DNA of 64,000 nt from an uncultured Bacilli bacterium (lineage in GTDB: Bacteria; Bacillota_I; Bacilli_A; RFN20; CAG-631). A program made the translations under genes and the position numbers. The stretch is taken from NCBI GenBank assembly GCA_947626825.1, contig CANQTM010000003.1, positions 40,692-104,691 on the forward strand, given 5' to 3'. The first letter of the stretch is position 1. Every line of letters begins with the position of its first letter. Positions 1-9,831 of this stretch are shown here, piece after piece. Below the pieces are notes generated by a model, which made no database searches, was not told the origin of the DNA, and worked only from the letters and a program-made list of their open reading frames with translations.

Positions 1-327
1 TAAAAATGATTTTAACATTGAAAAATCAGAATACTCTGGATTCTCTTTTACTTTAAAATAATTTAATTTGTATCTTACCTTAGGTTGGGTTGCTTTAATT
101 GAAAGTTTTACATGTTTGCTTTTTTTATCAATATCTAAAATTTTAGCATAAATGATATCTTCAAGTTTAGCAACTTTATTGACATTTTTAATGAAATCAT
201 TAGAAATTTCTGAAATATGAATTAAGCCAGTATATTCTTGATTATCAAAACACCTTATAAAAATTCCATAAGGTTGAAAACCAATTACTATAGTCTTAAT
301 TACTTCACCAATTTTTAATTCTTCCAT
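1..327 (-). CDS. S1 RNA-binding domain protein (YugI/general stress protein 13-like), C-terminus runs off the window start
   Basis: The minus-strand ATG at 327 is preceded by GGAG. The translation MEELKIGEVIKTIVIGFQPYGIFIR...HISEIS... has S1-domain character. There is no stop before position 1. The ORF is not in the supplied track because it is open-ended. Confidence 0.55.
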   Translation of the reverse strand, partial: MEELKIGEVIKTIVIGFQPYGIFIRCFDNQEYTGLIHISEISNDFIKNVNKVAKLEDIIYAKILDIDKKSKHVKLSIKATQPKVRYKLNYFKVKENPEYSDFSMLKSFL

Positions 328-560
328 TTTTTTAACTCCTTGATAATTATACCACTTGTGGTATTAATTGTAAATTAATGAAGTGAAACTAATATGCAAT
401 TTTTGTAAGAAAAAATATGTATTTTTTTGAAATTAAAATGATTTAAAAATATTTTTAAATATATTTTATTCTAATAAAATAAAAATAGTGTTATAATAAA
501 TAGGCATTAAGGAGAAAGGAGCCATATGATTTAGTTTCTTTAAACTAAATTTTTAATATT

Positions 561-818
561 ATGAATAACGAAGAAATTGAAAAGAAAATAATAACAGTGC
601 TTGAAAAAATAAGACCATTTTTAATTAGAGATGGTGGCGATATTGAATTTGTTAAATACAAAGATGGCGAAGTTTTTGTTAAAATGGTTGGTGCTTGTGC
701 CGGATGTGAACTAATTGATTCTACATTACAAGATGGTGTTGCCACATTATTAGTAGAAGAAGTTCCAGGAGTAGTTAAAGTCACTAATATAATTGGTGAT
801 GATAGTCAAAATATATAA
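561..818 (+). CDS. NifU-like Fe-S cluster assembly domain protein (Nfu C-terminal domain type)
   Basis: 85 aa. It has the CxxC motif GACAGC and the overall NifU C-terminal domain pattern (IRPFLIRDGGDIEFV...). Confidence 0.7.
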   Translation: MNNEEIEKKIITVLEKIRPFLIRDGGDIEFVKYKDGEVFVKMVGACAGCELIDSTLQDGVATLLVEEVPGVVKVTNIIGDDSQNI

Positions 819-821
819 AAT

Positions 822-864
822 TAAAATCTGTCTAATAAATTTTTAAACTAGACAGATTTTTTTA
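822..864. terminator. Bidirectional rho-independent terminator between convergent genes
   Basis: Inverted repeat aaatctgtcta...tagacagattt followed by a T-run. It lies between the NifU-like gene (+) and the 876..2096 gene (-). Confidence 0.5.
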
Positions 865-875
865 TAAATATTTAT

Positions 876-2096
876 TTATTTTTTAGCAATAGAAAGCATT
901 AATTTTATTCTATTTTCTTGATTTACCTTTGTTGCTGATGGATCATAGTCGATGGCAACAATATTAGCATTTGGCCATAATTCCTTAATTCTTTTTATCA
1001 TTCCTTTGCCAACGATATGATTTGGCAAACAGCCAAATGGTTGTGTACAAATAATATTTTCAAATCCTTCTTGACATAACGCATACATTTCTGAATAAAG
1101 TAACCATCCTTCACCCATTATAATACCTAAACCACAAACTTTATTAGCTATTTTTCTTATTTCATCAAATGGCATTATTAAATCAAATTGTTGATAATTT
1201 TTAATTGCTAGATTAGCATATTTTTCATATGATTGTACATATTTATAAAATAATTTAGCAATGAAAGATACATACCATTTTCCACCATAAAGTTTGATTT
1301 GATCAAATTTTTGAGTAATACAATGATCTATAAATCCCATTAATCCTGGAACACGCACTTCACAGTGTTCACTAAGTAAAAATTCTTCTAGATTATTATT
1401 ACCCACATTTGAATATTTGACAAATATTTCACCAACAATACCAACTTTAATAAGTTTTTCTTTAACGTATGGAATTTTACTAAAACTTGAAACAATCATT
1501 TGACATTGTTTTTTTACTTTGTTTTTTCTATAACCATGATGATTAGTGATGTCATCACCAAGTTTACAAATCAATTCATCAATCAATTTGTTTGTTTGTC
1601 CTTTATTTTTTTCATATGGTTTTATTTGATTAGCTAGATGCATTATTAAATCGCCATATATAGATGCAGCTAAAGCCATTCTGATAAATTTAATTGATAA
1701 TTTAATAGAATATTCTTTTTCAAGGCCTGATAAATTAAGTGATAAGACTGTAACTTTTTCAAGGCCGGCTCTTACTAAAGCTTTTCTAAGTAAATGTAAA
1801 TAATTTGATGCTCTACAGCCACCACCTGTTTGTGTTATAATAACTGCTGTTTCTTCAGGAATATAATTTTCTTTTTTTATTGCTTCAATCATTTGGCCAA
1901 TTACAACAATTGCAGGATAACATGTATCATTATGAACATATTTTAAACCTTCTTGAATCATTGTTGGTGATGGCGTGTCTAAAATAATAGGATTATATCC
2001 TTCTTTTTTTAATATTTGTGCATACAATTTAAAATGTATTGGCAGCATCATTGGCATTAAAAGTTGCTTAAATTTAGTTTTTTTCATTTTGTTCAC
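876..2096 (-). CDS. Acyl-CoA dehydratase activase-associated protein (2-hydroxyacyl-CoA dehydratase D-component-like / DUF2229-like)
   Basis: 406 aa. It overlaps the upstream activase gene by 23 nt, which suggests translational coupling. The domain assignment is from recall of the usual partners of double-ATPase activases and is not verified. Confidence 0.4.
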   Translation of the reverse strand: MNKMKKTKFKQLLMPMMLPIHFKLYAQILKKEGYNPIILDTPSPTMIQEGLKYVHNDTCYPAIVVIGQMIEAIKKENYIPEETAVIITQTGGGCRASNYLHLLRKALVRAGLEKVTVLSLNLSGLEKEYSIKLSIKFIRMALAASIYGDLIMHLANQIKPYEKNKGQTNKLIDELICKLGDDITNHHGYRKNKVKKQCQMIVSSFSKIPYVKEKLIKVGIVGEIFVKYSNVGNNNLEEFLLSEHCEVRVPGLMGFIDHCITQKFDQIKLYGGKWYVSFIAKLFYKYVQSYEKYANLAIKNYQQFDLIMPFDEIRKIANKVCGLGIIMGEGWLLYSEMYALCQEGFENIICTQPFGCLPNHIVGKGMIKRIKELWPNANIVAIDYDPSATKVNQENRIKLMLSIAKK

Positions 2097-4998
2097 CTAT
2101 AACGCTTAGTAAGCTTCTAATACGAATTTTAGCAGCACCCAAATTAGTTATTTCATCAATTTTTATTTGAGTATATATTTTATCATGTCTTTCTAAAATT
2201 TCTTTTACTTCATCTGTTGTAATGGCATCTAAACCACAGCCAAAAGATACTAGTTGAATTAAATTCATTTTTGGTTGATTAGCGACATAATTTGCTGCTG
2301 CATATAATCTTGCATGATATGTCCATTGATTTATTATTGAAGTTTTTTCTTTGTGCGATTTTCTTGCTATACATTCTTCAAGTAAAACACATGCATTTAA
2401 ATTTACAATTAGTTTATCAATTTCATGATCAACTTTTGCATCAATATGATAAGGCCTTCCTGCCAAAACAATCATATTTAAATTATTTTTTGTAGCATAA
2501 TTAATAATTTCATCACATTTTTCATCCAATGATTTTTTAAAATTATTATATTCTTCTTTAGCTTTTTTTATGGCTTTTTTGACATTAGACAATTTAATAT
2601 TTGGTAAAAATTTATTTAATTCTTTTGTCAATTTAATAGGCATTTCTTTTTGATCAATGCCAACATATGCAGAAATATAATTAACATTTTTAATAATATC
2701 CATATTATTAGCAATAACTTCACTATAATATGCTACTACAGGACAATTAAAATTTTTTTCTGATAAACCTTCATCAACATTTCTTGTCATAATTGGATAA
2801 AAAATATTTTTAATATTTTTATTAATTAAATCCATTATATGGCCATGTACTATTTTAGCAGGATAACATATTGTATCTGAAGGAATTGTTGGTTGACCTT
2901 GCATAAACATTTTTTGTGTTGTTAAACCAGAAACTACAACATTAAAACCTAATTCTTTAAAAAATGTATACCAAAATGGTAACAAATCATACATATTTAA
3001 AACCATTGGAATGCCAATTGTTTTTTCATTAATAATTTCATCTTGACGATATTTTTTTAATAAATTTCTTTTATATTCAAACATATTCAAAAAATTATCG
3101 TTAGTTTTATTAGTTATTGGTTTTTCACATTTATTGCCAGCAATAAAACGACGATTATTTAATTGATTAGTAGATACAAAATTATGAATAGTTAAAGTAC
3201 AATTATTAGTACAGCCGCCACATTTTGTAGTTAAAATATTATATTTAAAGGTTAATAAATCATTTAAGTCAATCAATGTTGTTTGGTGATTATTTATATG
3301 ATTTTTTGCATATAAAGCTGCTCCATAGGCTCCCATTAAACCAGCAATATTAGGTCTAATAACTTGTAAATTTGTTTCTTGTTCAAATGCTCTTAATACT
3401 GCATCATTTAAAAATGTACCACCTTGAACTACTATATTTTTTCCAAGTTCTGATAAATCTGCAATACGAATAACTTTATATAATGCATTTTTAACAACGC
3501 TTTTTGATAAACCAGCAGATATATTTTCAATAGTAGCGCCATCTTTTTGTGCTTGTTTTACTAAAGAGTTCATAAAAACAGTACAACGTGATCCTAAATC
3601 GACAGGTTTATCACCAAATAAACCAAGTTTTGAAAATGTTTTAATATCATATCCTAAAGAATTAGCAAAAGTTTGTAAGAAAGAGCCACAACCCGAAGAA
3701 CATGATTCATTAAGAAAAATATTATCAATTGCCTTATTTTTTATTTTAAAACATTTCATATCTTGTCCGCCAATATCAATAACAAAATCAACATTTGGCA
3801 AAAAATATGAAGCAGCAGTATAATGAGCAATTGTTTCCACTAAACCAAAATCTAAGCCAAAAGCATTTTTCATTAATTCTTCGCCATAGCCAGTTGCACA
3901 TGAACCTTTAATAACAACTTTTGGATATTTTTGATATATGTCAATTAAAGTATTTTTTATTAATTCAATGCCATTTCCATTATTAGGTTCATAAATTTGA
4001 TATAAAATTTGACCTATATTGTCTATTAAAACTAATTTAATTGTTGTTGAGCCACTATCAATACCTAAAAAGGCTTCGCCTTCATAATTATTAATGTCAA
4101 CAATATCAATTTTGGCTTTTTGATGTCTTTTTATAAAAGTTTGGTATTCATCTTCATCATTAAAAAGTGGCTCATTAAAATTGTATGAAGTGATTTTTTG
4201 ATAATTATCAATGTCTTCAATAACTTTTGATAAAGAGACAACTTTGTCTTTCATAAAACTTGCACCGATTGCAACATAATATAATGCATTTTCTGGGCAT
4301 GTTCCTTTTAAATTTAATAATTCATCAAAACATTCTCGTAAAACACTATTAAAATATAAAGGGCCTCCTAAATATAAAATATTTCCTTTTATTTCTCTTC
4401 CTTGGGCTAAACCACCAATTGTTTGATTACAAATTGCATAAAATATTGATTTTGCTAAATCTTCTTTTTTAGCACCTTGATTTAATAATGGTTGAATATC
4501 GCTTTTTGCAAAAACACCACATCTAGAAGCAATTTGATATTTTTTTGTAGCTTTGGAGGCCATTTCATTCATTTTGTCTGTAGGAACATCTAAAAGTAAA
4601 GCCATTTGATCAATAAATGATCCTGTACCACCTGCACATGAACCATTCATTCTAACTTCAAGACCATGGGTCAAAAAAACAATTTTAGCATCTTCACCAC
4701 CAAGTTCAATAATAATATCACTATTAGCAGCCAATTTATCACAAGCAATTTTTTCACTGTAGACTTCTTGAATAAAATTGATATTGCAAAACTTAGCTAA
4801 ACCTATGGATGCAGAACCTGAAAATGTTAAATAACAAAAATCACCAAATTCATCTTTTAATTTTTCTAAGATTTCTTTGGTTTTATTTGTTACAAAAGAC
4901 ATATGTCTTAAATAATCACACTTAATTATTTCATTATTTTCATTAGTAACTACATATTTTATTGTAGTAGAGCCAATATCAATTCCAATGCTATACAT
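2074..4998 (-). CDS. CoA-substrate-specific enzyme activase, tandem BadF/BadG/BcrA/BcrD-type ATPase domains
   Basis: 974 aa. Two actin-fold ATPase N-termini are present: GIDIGSTTIKYVV at aa 5 and GIDSGSTTIKLVL at about aa 312. This is the typical signature of 2-hydroxyacyl-CoA dehydratase / benzoyl-CoA reductase activase proteins. Confidence 0.7.
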   Translation of the reverse strand: MYSIGIDIGSTTIKYVVTNENNEIIKCDYLRHMSFVTNKTKEILEKLKDEFGDFCYLTFSGSASIGLAKFCNINFIQEVYSEKIACDKLAANSDIIIELGGEDAKIVFLTHGLEVRMNGSCAGGTGSFIDQMALLLDVPTDKMNEMASKATKKYQIASRCGVFAKSDIQPLLNQGAKKEDLAKSIFYAICNQTIGGLAQGREIKGNILYLGGPLYFNSVLRECFDELLNLKGTCPENALYYVAIGASFMKDKVVSLSKVIEDIDNYQKITSYNFNEPLFNDEDEYQTFIKRHQKAKIDIVDINNYEGEAFLGIDSGSTTIKLVLIDNIGQILYQIYEPNNGNGIELIKNTLIDIYQKYPKVVIKGSCATGYGEELMKNAFGLDFGLVETIAHYTAASYFLPNVDFVIDIGGQDMKCFKIKNKAIDNIFLNESCSSGCGSFLQTFANSLGYDIKTFSKLGLFGDKPVDLGSRCTVFMNSLVKQAQKDGATIENISAGLSKSVVKNALYKVIRIADLSELGKNIVVQGGTFLNDAVLRAFEQETNLQVIRPNIAGLMGAYGAALYAKNHINNHQTTLIDLNDLLTFKYNILTTKCGGCTNNCTLTIHNFVSTNQLNNRRFIAGNKCEKPITNKTNDNFLNMFEYKRNLLKKYRQDEIINEKTIGIPMVLNMYDLLPFWYTFFKELGFNVVVSGLTTQKMFMQGQPTIPSDTICYPAKIVHGHIMDLINKNIKNIFYPIMTRNVDEGLSEKNFNCPVVAYYSEVIANNMDIIKNVNYISAYVGIDQKEMPIKLTKELNKFLPNIKLSNVKKAIKKAKEEYNNFKKSLDEKCDEIINYATKNNLNMIVLAGRPYHIDAKVDHEIDKLIVNLNACVLLEECIARKSHKEKTSIINQWTYHARLYAAANYVANQPKMNLIQLVSFGCGLDAITTDEVKEILERHDKIYTQIKIDEITNLGAAKIRIRSLLSVIGEQNEKN

Positions 4999-5049
4999 GC
5001 TTACCCCACTTTTTTTAATACACTATATAATAGTAACATAAAATCAATA

Positions 5050-5108
5050 AAAAAGCACTTGTTTTTTTTAGCCATAAAAAGTATAACTTTTTAAACAAGT
5101 GCTTTTCT
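5050..5108. terminator. Hairpin terminator between gpmI and the activase operon
   Basis: Inverted repeat aagcacttgtt (5054-5064) / aacaagtgctt (5094-5104) with flanking T/A runs. Confidence 0.4.
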
Positions 5109-5111
5109 TAA

Positions 5112-6698
5112 TTATTTTATAATTGGTTTTTCCCAACTTGTAGGAATTTTTAAATCCATTAATTTAGCTATTGTTGGTGCTACATTAGCTAAGCCAAAAC
5201 TTCCTTCATTTATAGTATATTTATTGTCGTCATCAACAATTATAAATGGAACAGGATTTAAAGAATGTGCTGTTCGAACACTTATATTTCCCTTTTTATC
5301 TTTTTCAAGCATCTCGTCAGCGTTTCCGTGATCTGCTGTTACAAGCATAATATATCCTTCTTCTTTACAAACCTTTAATAGTCTTGCAAGTGATAAATCT
5401 AAAGCTTCCATCGAACAAATTGTTGCAGGAAGTGATCCTGTATGACCAACCATATCGCCATTTGGATAATTCACTCTTAAAAATTGATATTTGTGACTTT
5501 TTAATTCTTTTAATAATCTATCAGTTATTTCTGCTGATTTCATCCAAGGTCTTTCATCAAATGAAACTTTATCAGAAGGAATTTCAACATAAGTTTCTAA
5601 TTTTTCAGAAAATTTTTCAGAACGATTACCATTCCAAAAGTAAGTTACATGACCATATTTTTGTGTTTCTGATATAGCAAATTCATTTATATTATTTTGA
5701 ACCATTAATTCTGTTAAAGTATTATGAATTTCAGGAGGATTTACTAAAAATCTTGCGGGTAATTTTAAATCACCATCATATTGTAATAAACCAGCATAAA
5801 CAACATTTGGATAATATTTTCTATCAAATTTATCAAATTCTTTTTGATCGAAGGCCATAGATATTTCTATTGCTCTATCACCTCTAAAATTAAATAAAAC
5901 AACTGAATCATTATCAACAATTTTACCGATTGGTTTATTATCTTTTGCAATAACAAAAGCAGGTAAATCTTGATCAATAATACCTTCTTGTTCTTGTCTA
6001 TAAGTTTCAATTGCTTCTGAAGCACTTCTAAACATACGTCCTTCACCTAAAACATGTGTTTTCCAACCATCTTCAACCATTTTCCAATTAGCTTGATAGC
6101 GGTCCATAGTAATTTTCATACGTCCTCCACCTGATGCTATTGCACAATCAAAATGAGAATCATTTAAAGATGAAATAACATCTTCTAATTGGTTTACATA
6201 AATTAAAGCACTTGTTGATGGAACATCTCGACCATCAAGTAAAATATGTATTCTAACTTTATTTACTTTTTCTTCTTTTACTTCTTTTAACATTGCAATT
6301 AAATGAGAAATATTAGAATGAACATTACCATCAGATAATAATCCTAAAAAATGTAATGTTGAATTATGTTTTTTAACATTATCTACAACTTCATGCCAGG
6401 AATTAGATGTATATATTTTTTTACTTTCTATAGATTCATTTACTAATTTGGCACCTTGTGAATAAATTTGACCACAGCCTAATGCATTATGTCCAACTTC
6501 TGAATTTCCCATATCATCATCTGTTGGTAAACCAACAGCACTTCCATGAGCTTTAAGTCTAACATTAGGATAATTAGCAAGTAAATAATCTAGTGTTGGT
6601 GTATTTGCTAAACTTACTGCATCTCCTAAATTGGTTTTTGAAAAACCAACACCATCCATAACAACTAACAAAATAGGTTTTTTCATAATTTCCTCCAT
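5112..6698 (-). CDS. gpmI: 2,3-bisphosphoglycerate-independent phosphoglycerate mutase
   Basis: 528 aa. It has the MGNSEVGHNALGCGQ motif, an N-terminal metal-binding region and the ADHGNAD motif characteristic of iPGM. Confidence 0.9.
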   Translation of the reverse strand: MEEIMKKPILLVVMDGVGFSKTNLGDAVSLANTPTLDYLLANYPNVRLKAHGSAVGLPTDDDMGNSEVGHNALGCGQIYSQGAKLVNESIESKKIYTSNSWHEVVDNVKKHNSTLHFLGLLSDGNVHSNISHLIAMLKEVKEEKVNKVRIHILLDGRDVPSTSALIYVNQLEDVISSLNDSHFDCAIASGGGRMKITMDRYQANWKMVEDGWKTHVLGEGRMFRSASEAIETYRQEQEGIIDQDLPAFVIAKDNKPIGKIVDNDSVVLFNFRGDRAIEISMAFDQKEFDKFDRKYYPNVVYAGLLQYDGDLKLPARFLVNPPEIHNTLTELMVQNNINEFAISETQKYGHVTYFWNGNRSEKFSEKLETYVEIPSDKVSFDERPWMKSAEITDRLLKELKSHKYQFLRVNYPNGDMVGHTGSLPATICSMEALDLSLARLLKVCKEEGYIMLVTADHGNADEMLEKDKKGNISVRTAHSLNPVPFIIVDDDNKYTINEGSFGLANVAPTIAKLMDLKIPTSWEKPIIK

Positions 6699-6700
6699 TT

Positions 6701-7072
6701 TTATTTTAAAATTGTTCTAGTAGCAATTAGATTTGCACCACTATCACAAATATTTTTTATTATAACATCTCCACACTTAATTGGAGCTTCAATTTGTATA
6801 TTATCTAAATATTTTAAAATTGTAAACATTAATTTTTTAGAAATTGGCATTGATGTTTTAACAGGTAACCTAACTACTTCTAAAGATTTAATTTTTATAG
6901 TTGAAGTAACAACTCGTTTAGGATTGCTTATTTCATCTAAAGCATATTTTTGTCCACGAATGCAAAAATTTCCTGTCACTTTTAAATTATCATCAATAGT
7001 TAAATTACAACCTCTTGGACATTCAATACAAGTAAGATTTTTCATTTTTATTTTAGTCCTCCATAATTTCAA
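6701..7072 (-). CDS. DUF1667 domain protein (Cys-rich partner of GlpA-like dehydrogenases)
   Basis: 123 aa with a CIECPRGC motif. It sits at the end of the GlpA-like / NAD(FAD) oxidoreductase gene pair, as in the usual three-gene operon. Confidence 0.65.
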   Translation of the reverse strand: MKLWRTKIKMKNLTCIECPRGCNLTIDDNLKVTGNFCIRGQKYALDEISNPKRVVTSTIKIKSLEVVRLPVKTSMPISKKLMFTILKYLDNIQIEAPIKCGDVIIKNICDSGANLIATRTILK

Positions 7073-8300
7073 TTGATAATGATTTGCAATCTTTTAATTC
7101 AGATAAATTTAAAGAAATATTTTCCATTTCTGATGGCAATAAAAACATTTTTTTAATACTTTTTATTGTCCTATCACCATCTTGAATCAATATTTTAACA
7201 TTTTGAAATGGCTTAGTTACTCTAAATTTAAACATTATTTCTTTATCTATATTTTGTAAACAAAACTTTTGAGGTACTACATAATTAATACCATTTTTAT
7301 TTTTTGTTTCAATATATTTACCATGTTTTAATAATCCTTTTACATAACGGCTTGCTCCTAAACCAGCTTGCATTGCTTCTTTAGTGACATAATCTACTAA
7401 ATCATGTACATGTAATGCATTACCACATGCAAAAATACCTTCAATAGATGTTTGATAATTTTCATCAACTACAGCACCTTTTGTTGATGACATTTGAACG
7501 CCTAAATCTTCTAAAACATTATTGTATGGCAATAAACCAACAGATAAAATTAACGTATCAACATCAAAAGTTTTTTCACTTCCTAAAATATAATTTTTAT
7601 TTTCATCAACTTGGCAAATAACAACTTGTTCAACATGATCTTTTCCTTTTACTTCTTTAACTGTATGTGATAAATATAAAGGTATATTAAAATCTTCTAA
7701 ACATTGAGCAATATTTCTACGTAAGCCATTAGAATAAGGCATTATTTCAGCAACACCTAGTACTTTTGCTCCTTCTAATGTCATACGTCTAGCCATAATT
7801 AAACCTATATCACCAGATCCTAAAATAAAAACTTTTTTTCCAACTAAATATCCTTCAATATTTAGATATCTTTGAGCAAGACCAGCCGTTAAAATCCCTG
7901 ATAATCTTTCTCCTTCAAGTTTAATTGCGCCTGGGGTTCTTTCAATACAACCAGTCGCCATGATAATGCTTTTTGCTTTAATAACTTGAAAGCCTTCAGC
8001 ATCATTTGAATAATAAATTGTTTTATCTTTATCTATTTTTGTAACATAGGAATTCAATTTGATTTCAATTGAAGTATTATCTAATTTATCAATAAATCTT
8101 TGAGCATATTCAGGACCACTTAATTGTTCATTAAAAACATGAATACCAAATCCTGTATGAATACATTGATTTAAAATTCCCCCAAGCGAAGAATTTTTTT
8201 CAATAATTAAAATTTTATTTAAACCATTTTCATAAGCAGATAAGGCAGCGGCTAAACCAGCACTTCCACCACCAATTACAACTACCTCATATTCTTGCAT
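7053..8300 (-). CDS. NAD(P)/FAD-dependent oxidoreductase (pyridine nucleotide-disulfide oxidoreductase family)
   Basis: 415 aa. There is an N-terminal VVVIGGGSAGLAAA dinucleotide-binding motif and a second GSGDIGL Rossmann motif. Confidence 0.75.
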   Translation of the reverse strand: MQEYEVVVIGGGSAGLAAALSAYENGLNKILIIEKNSSLGGILNQCIHTGFGIHVFNEQLSGPEYAQRFIDKLDNTSIEIKLNSYVTKIDKDKTIYYSNDAEGFQVIKAKSIIMATGCIERTPGAIKLEGERLSGILTAGLAQRYLNIEGYLVGKKVFILGSGDIGLIMARRMTLEGAKVLGVAEIMPYSNGLRRNIAQCLEDFNIPLYLSHTVKEVKGKDHVEQVVICQVDENKNYILGSEKTFDVDTLILSVGLLPYNNVLEDLGVQMSSTKGAVVDENYQTSIEGIFACGNALHVHDLVDYVTKEAMQAGLGASRYVKGLLKHGKYIETKNKNGINYVVPQKFCLQNIDKEIMFKFRVTKPFQNVKILIQDGDRTIKSIKKMFLLPSEMENISLNLSELKDCKSLSIEIMED

Positions 8301-8301
8301 G

Positions 8302-9738
8302 TTAATTTTCCCCTTTCGTTTTACTATATAAAATGTAGGAATTCAAATTATCATACATTATATCTTTTTTATCAACTTTATAAAATTTAGCTAAAACACT
8401 TAAGGCCTCTGCTTGACACATACCTCCTTGGCATTTTCCAAAACCAACTCTTAATCTTTTCTTTAAAGCCTTTATTGAATGAGGTGGACAAGAACGACTT
8501 AAGCAATCTTTAATTTCTCCTAAACTCACTTGTTCACATTTACAAATTATTGTTCCATAATCTTTATCAATTGCAAACATCTTTTTCTTTTCATCTAAAG
8601 TTAATTCTTTAATCTTAATATATTTTTTTATTTTAGGATTGTAATTTTCTTTTTTAGTTAAAGGTAACATTTTAGAAATAATTTCTTCAACTACCATTTT
8701 GGCAATAGCTGGAGAAGATGTTAAACCTGGTGATTCAATTCCTGCAACATTAATAAAATTTTTAGTATCACTTTCTTGTATAATAAAATCATGAGTTGAA
8801 GGTGTTGCTCTAAGACCAGCAAATGTTCTAATTGTTTGATAATATGGTATTTTATCTACCATTAAATTAGCTTGTTTTGCTACTTCATCTAAAGTTTTTA
8901 AATCAGTTGATTTAGAAAATTTATTTGTTTCTTCAGCACTAGGGCCTATCAAATAATTACCACTAGTAGTTGGACTAATTAAAACACCTTTTCCTTTATC
9001 TGAAGGAACCATAAATAATGTGTGTTTTACAAATTCATCTTTAAAATGATTTAAAACATAATATTGACCTTTTCTTGAAATAATTTTAAATGTTTCCTTG
9101 TTAACTAAATTATTTATTTCATCAGCATTAATACCAGCACAATTAATTACAACTTTACTTTGGTATTTATTATTTAAAATAAATAAATCATTTTCTTTAA
9201 TTATTTTGTTAATATTTTCATTTAAAATTAAAGTAACACCATTATCAATAGCGTTTTCCATAGCATGAATACATAAATTAAATGGATCAACAATTCCAGC
9301 AGTTTTAGCATATAATCCTGCTTTTACATTTTCATTAACAAATGGTTCAATTTGTTTTATTTGTTCATATGTTAAAATTTCAACGTCTACGCCATTATTA
9401 AATGCTCGTTGTTGCAGCATTTTTAAAGTTTCAACTTCTTTTTCATTAAAAGCTAATGTTAAAGAACCAATTCTTGAAAATTTTACATCTAATTCTTCAC
9501 ATATTTTATCAAACATTGCATTTCCTAAAACATTTAATTTAGCTTTTAAAGTATTTTCAATAGGATCATAACCCGAATGAACAATAGCGCTATTAGCCAT
9601 TGAAGCCTCATTGCCAACATCATTATCTTTTTCTAAAACAATGACATTTAAATTATATTGAGACAATTCTCTAGCCAAAAAACATCCAACAATTCCAGCA
9701 CCAATTATTGCAACATCATAAGTCATGATAACCACCAC
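8302..9738 (-). CDS. FAD-dependent glycerol-3-phosphate dehydrogenase-like oxidoreductase with C-terminal BFD-like [2Fe-2S] domain
   Basis: 478 aa with DVAIIGAGIVG. The C-terminal CKCEQVSLGEIKDCL...GKCQGGMC pattern is BFD-like. The true start may be the Met of MTYDV. Confidence 0.7.
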   Translation of the reverse strand: MVVIMTYDVAIIGAGIVGCFLARELSQYNLNVIVLEKDNDVGNEASMANSAIVHSGYDPIENTLKAKLNVLGNAMFDKICEELDVKFSRIGSLTLAFNEKEVETLKMLQQRAFNNGVDVEILTYEQIKQIEPFVNENVKAGLYAKTAGIVDPFNLCIHAMENAIDNGVTLILNENINKIIKENDLFILNNKYQSKVVINCAGINADEINNLVNKETFKIISRKGQYYVLNHFKDEFVKHTLFMVPSDKGKGVLISPTTSGNYLIGPSAEETNKFSKSTDLKTLDEVAKQANLMVDKIPYYQTIRTFAGLRATPSTHDFIIQESDTKNFINVAGIESPGLTSSPAIAKMVVEEIISKMLPLTKKENYNPKIKKYIKIKELTLDEKKKMFAIDKDYGTIICKCEQVSLGEIKDCLSRSCPPHSIKALKKRLRVGFGKCQGGMCQAEALSVLAKFYKVDKKDIMYDNLNSYILYSKTKGEN

Positions 9739-9831
9739 TTTCTTTTAGTAAATTATAATGCATTTAAAGGAAAAAATCATCTATCTTGTCATTATTTTTA
9801 TTAGTTTTTCATATATTTTTATATATAATTC

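Noticed and set aside
545-784. Many short ORFs in the supplied track, antisense to or nested in the long genes. They are 545..784, 2292..2495, 5384..5677, 9878..10132, 17931..18260, 19102..19296, 19572..19769, 21906..22103, 23726..23962, 31170..31355, 34926..35123, 38148..38345, 39614..40018, 42273..42467, 42779..42982, 44942..45190, 47723..47929, 51943..52173, 53965..54180, 56466..56771, 57137..57325 and 63567..63764.
   Set aside because: Each lies entirely within a longer, well-supported ORF on the opposite strand or in another frame. The translations are low-complexity (I/L/F/K-rich) and typical of AT-rich antisense frames. None has an RBS or a recognisable motif.
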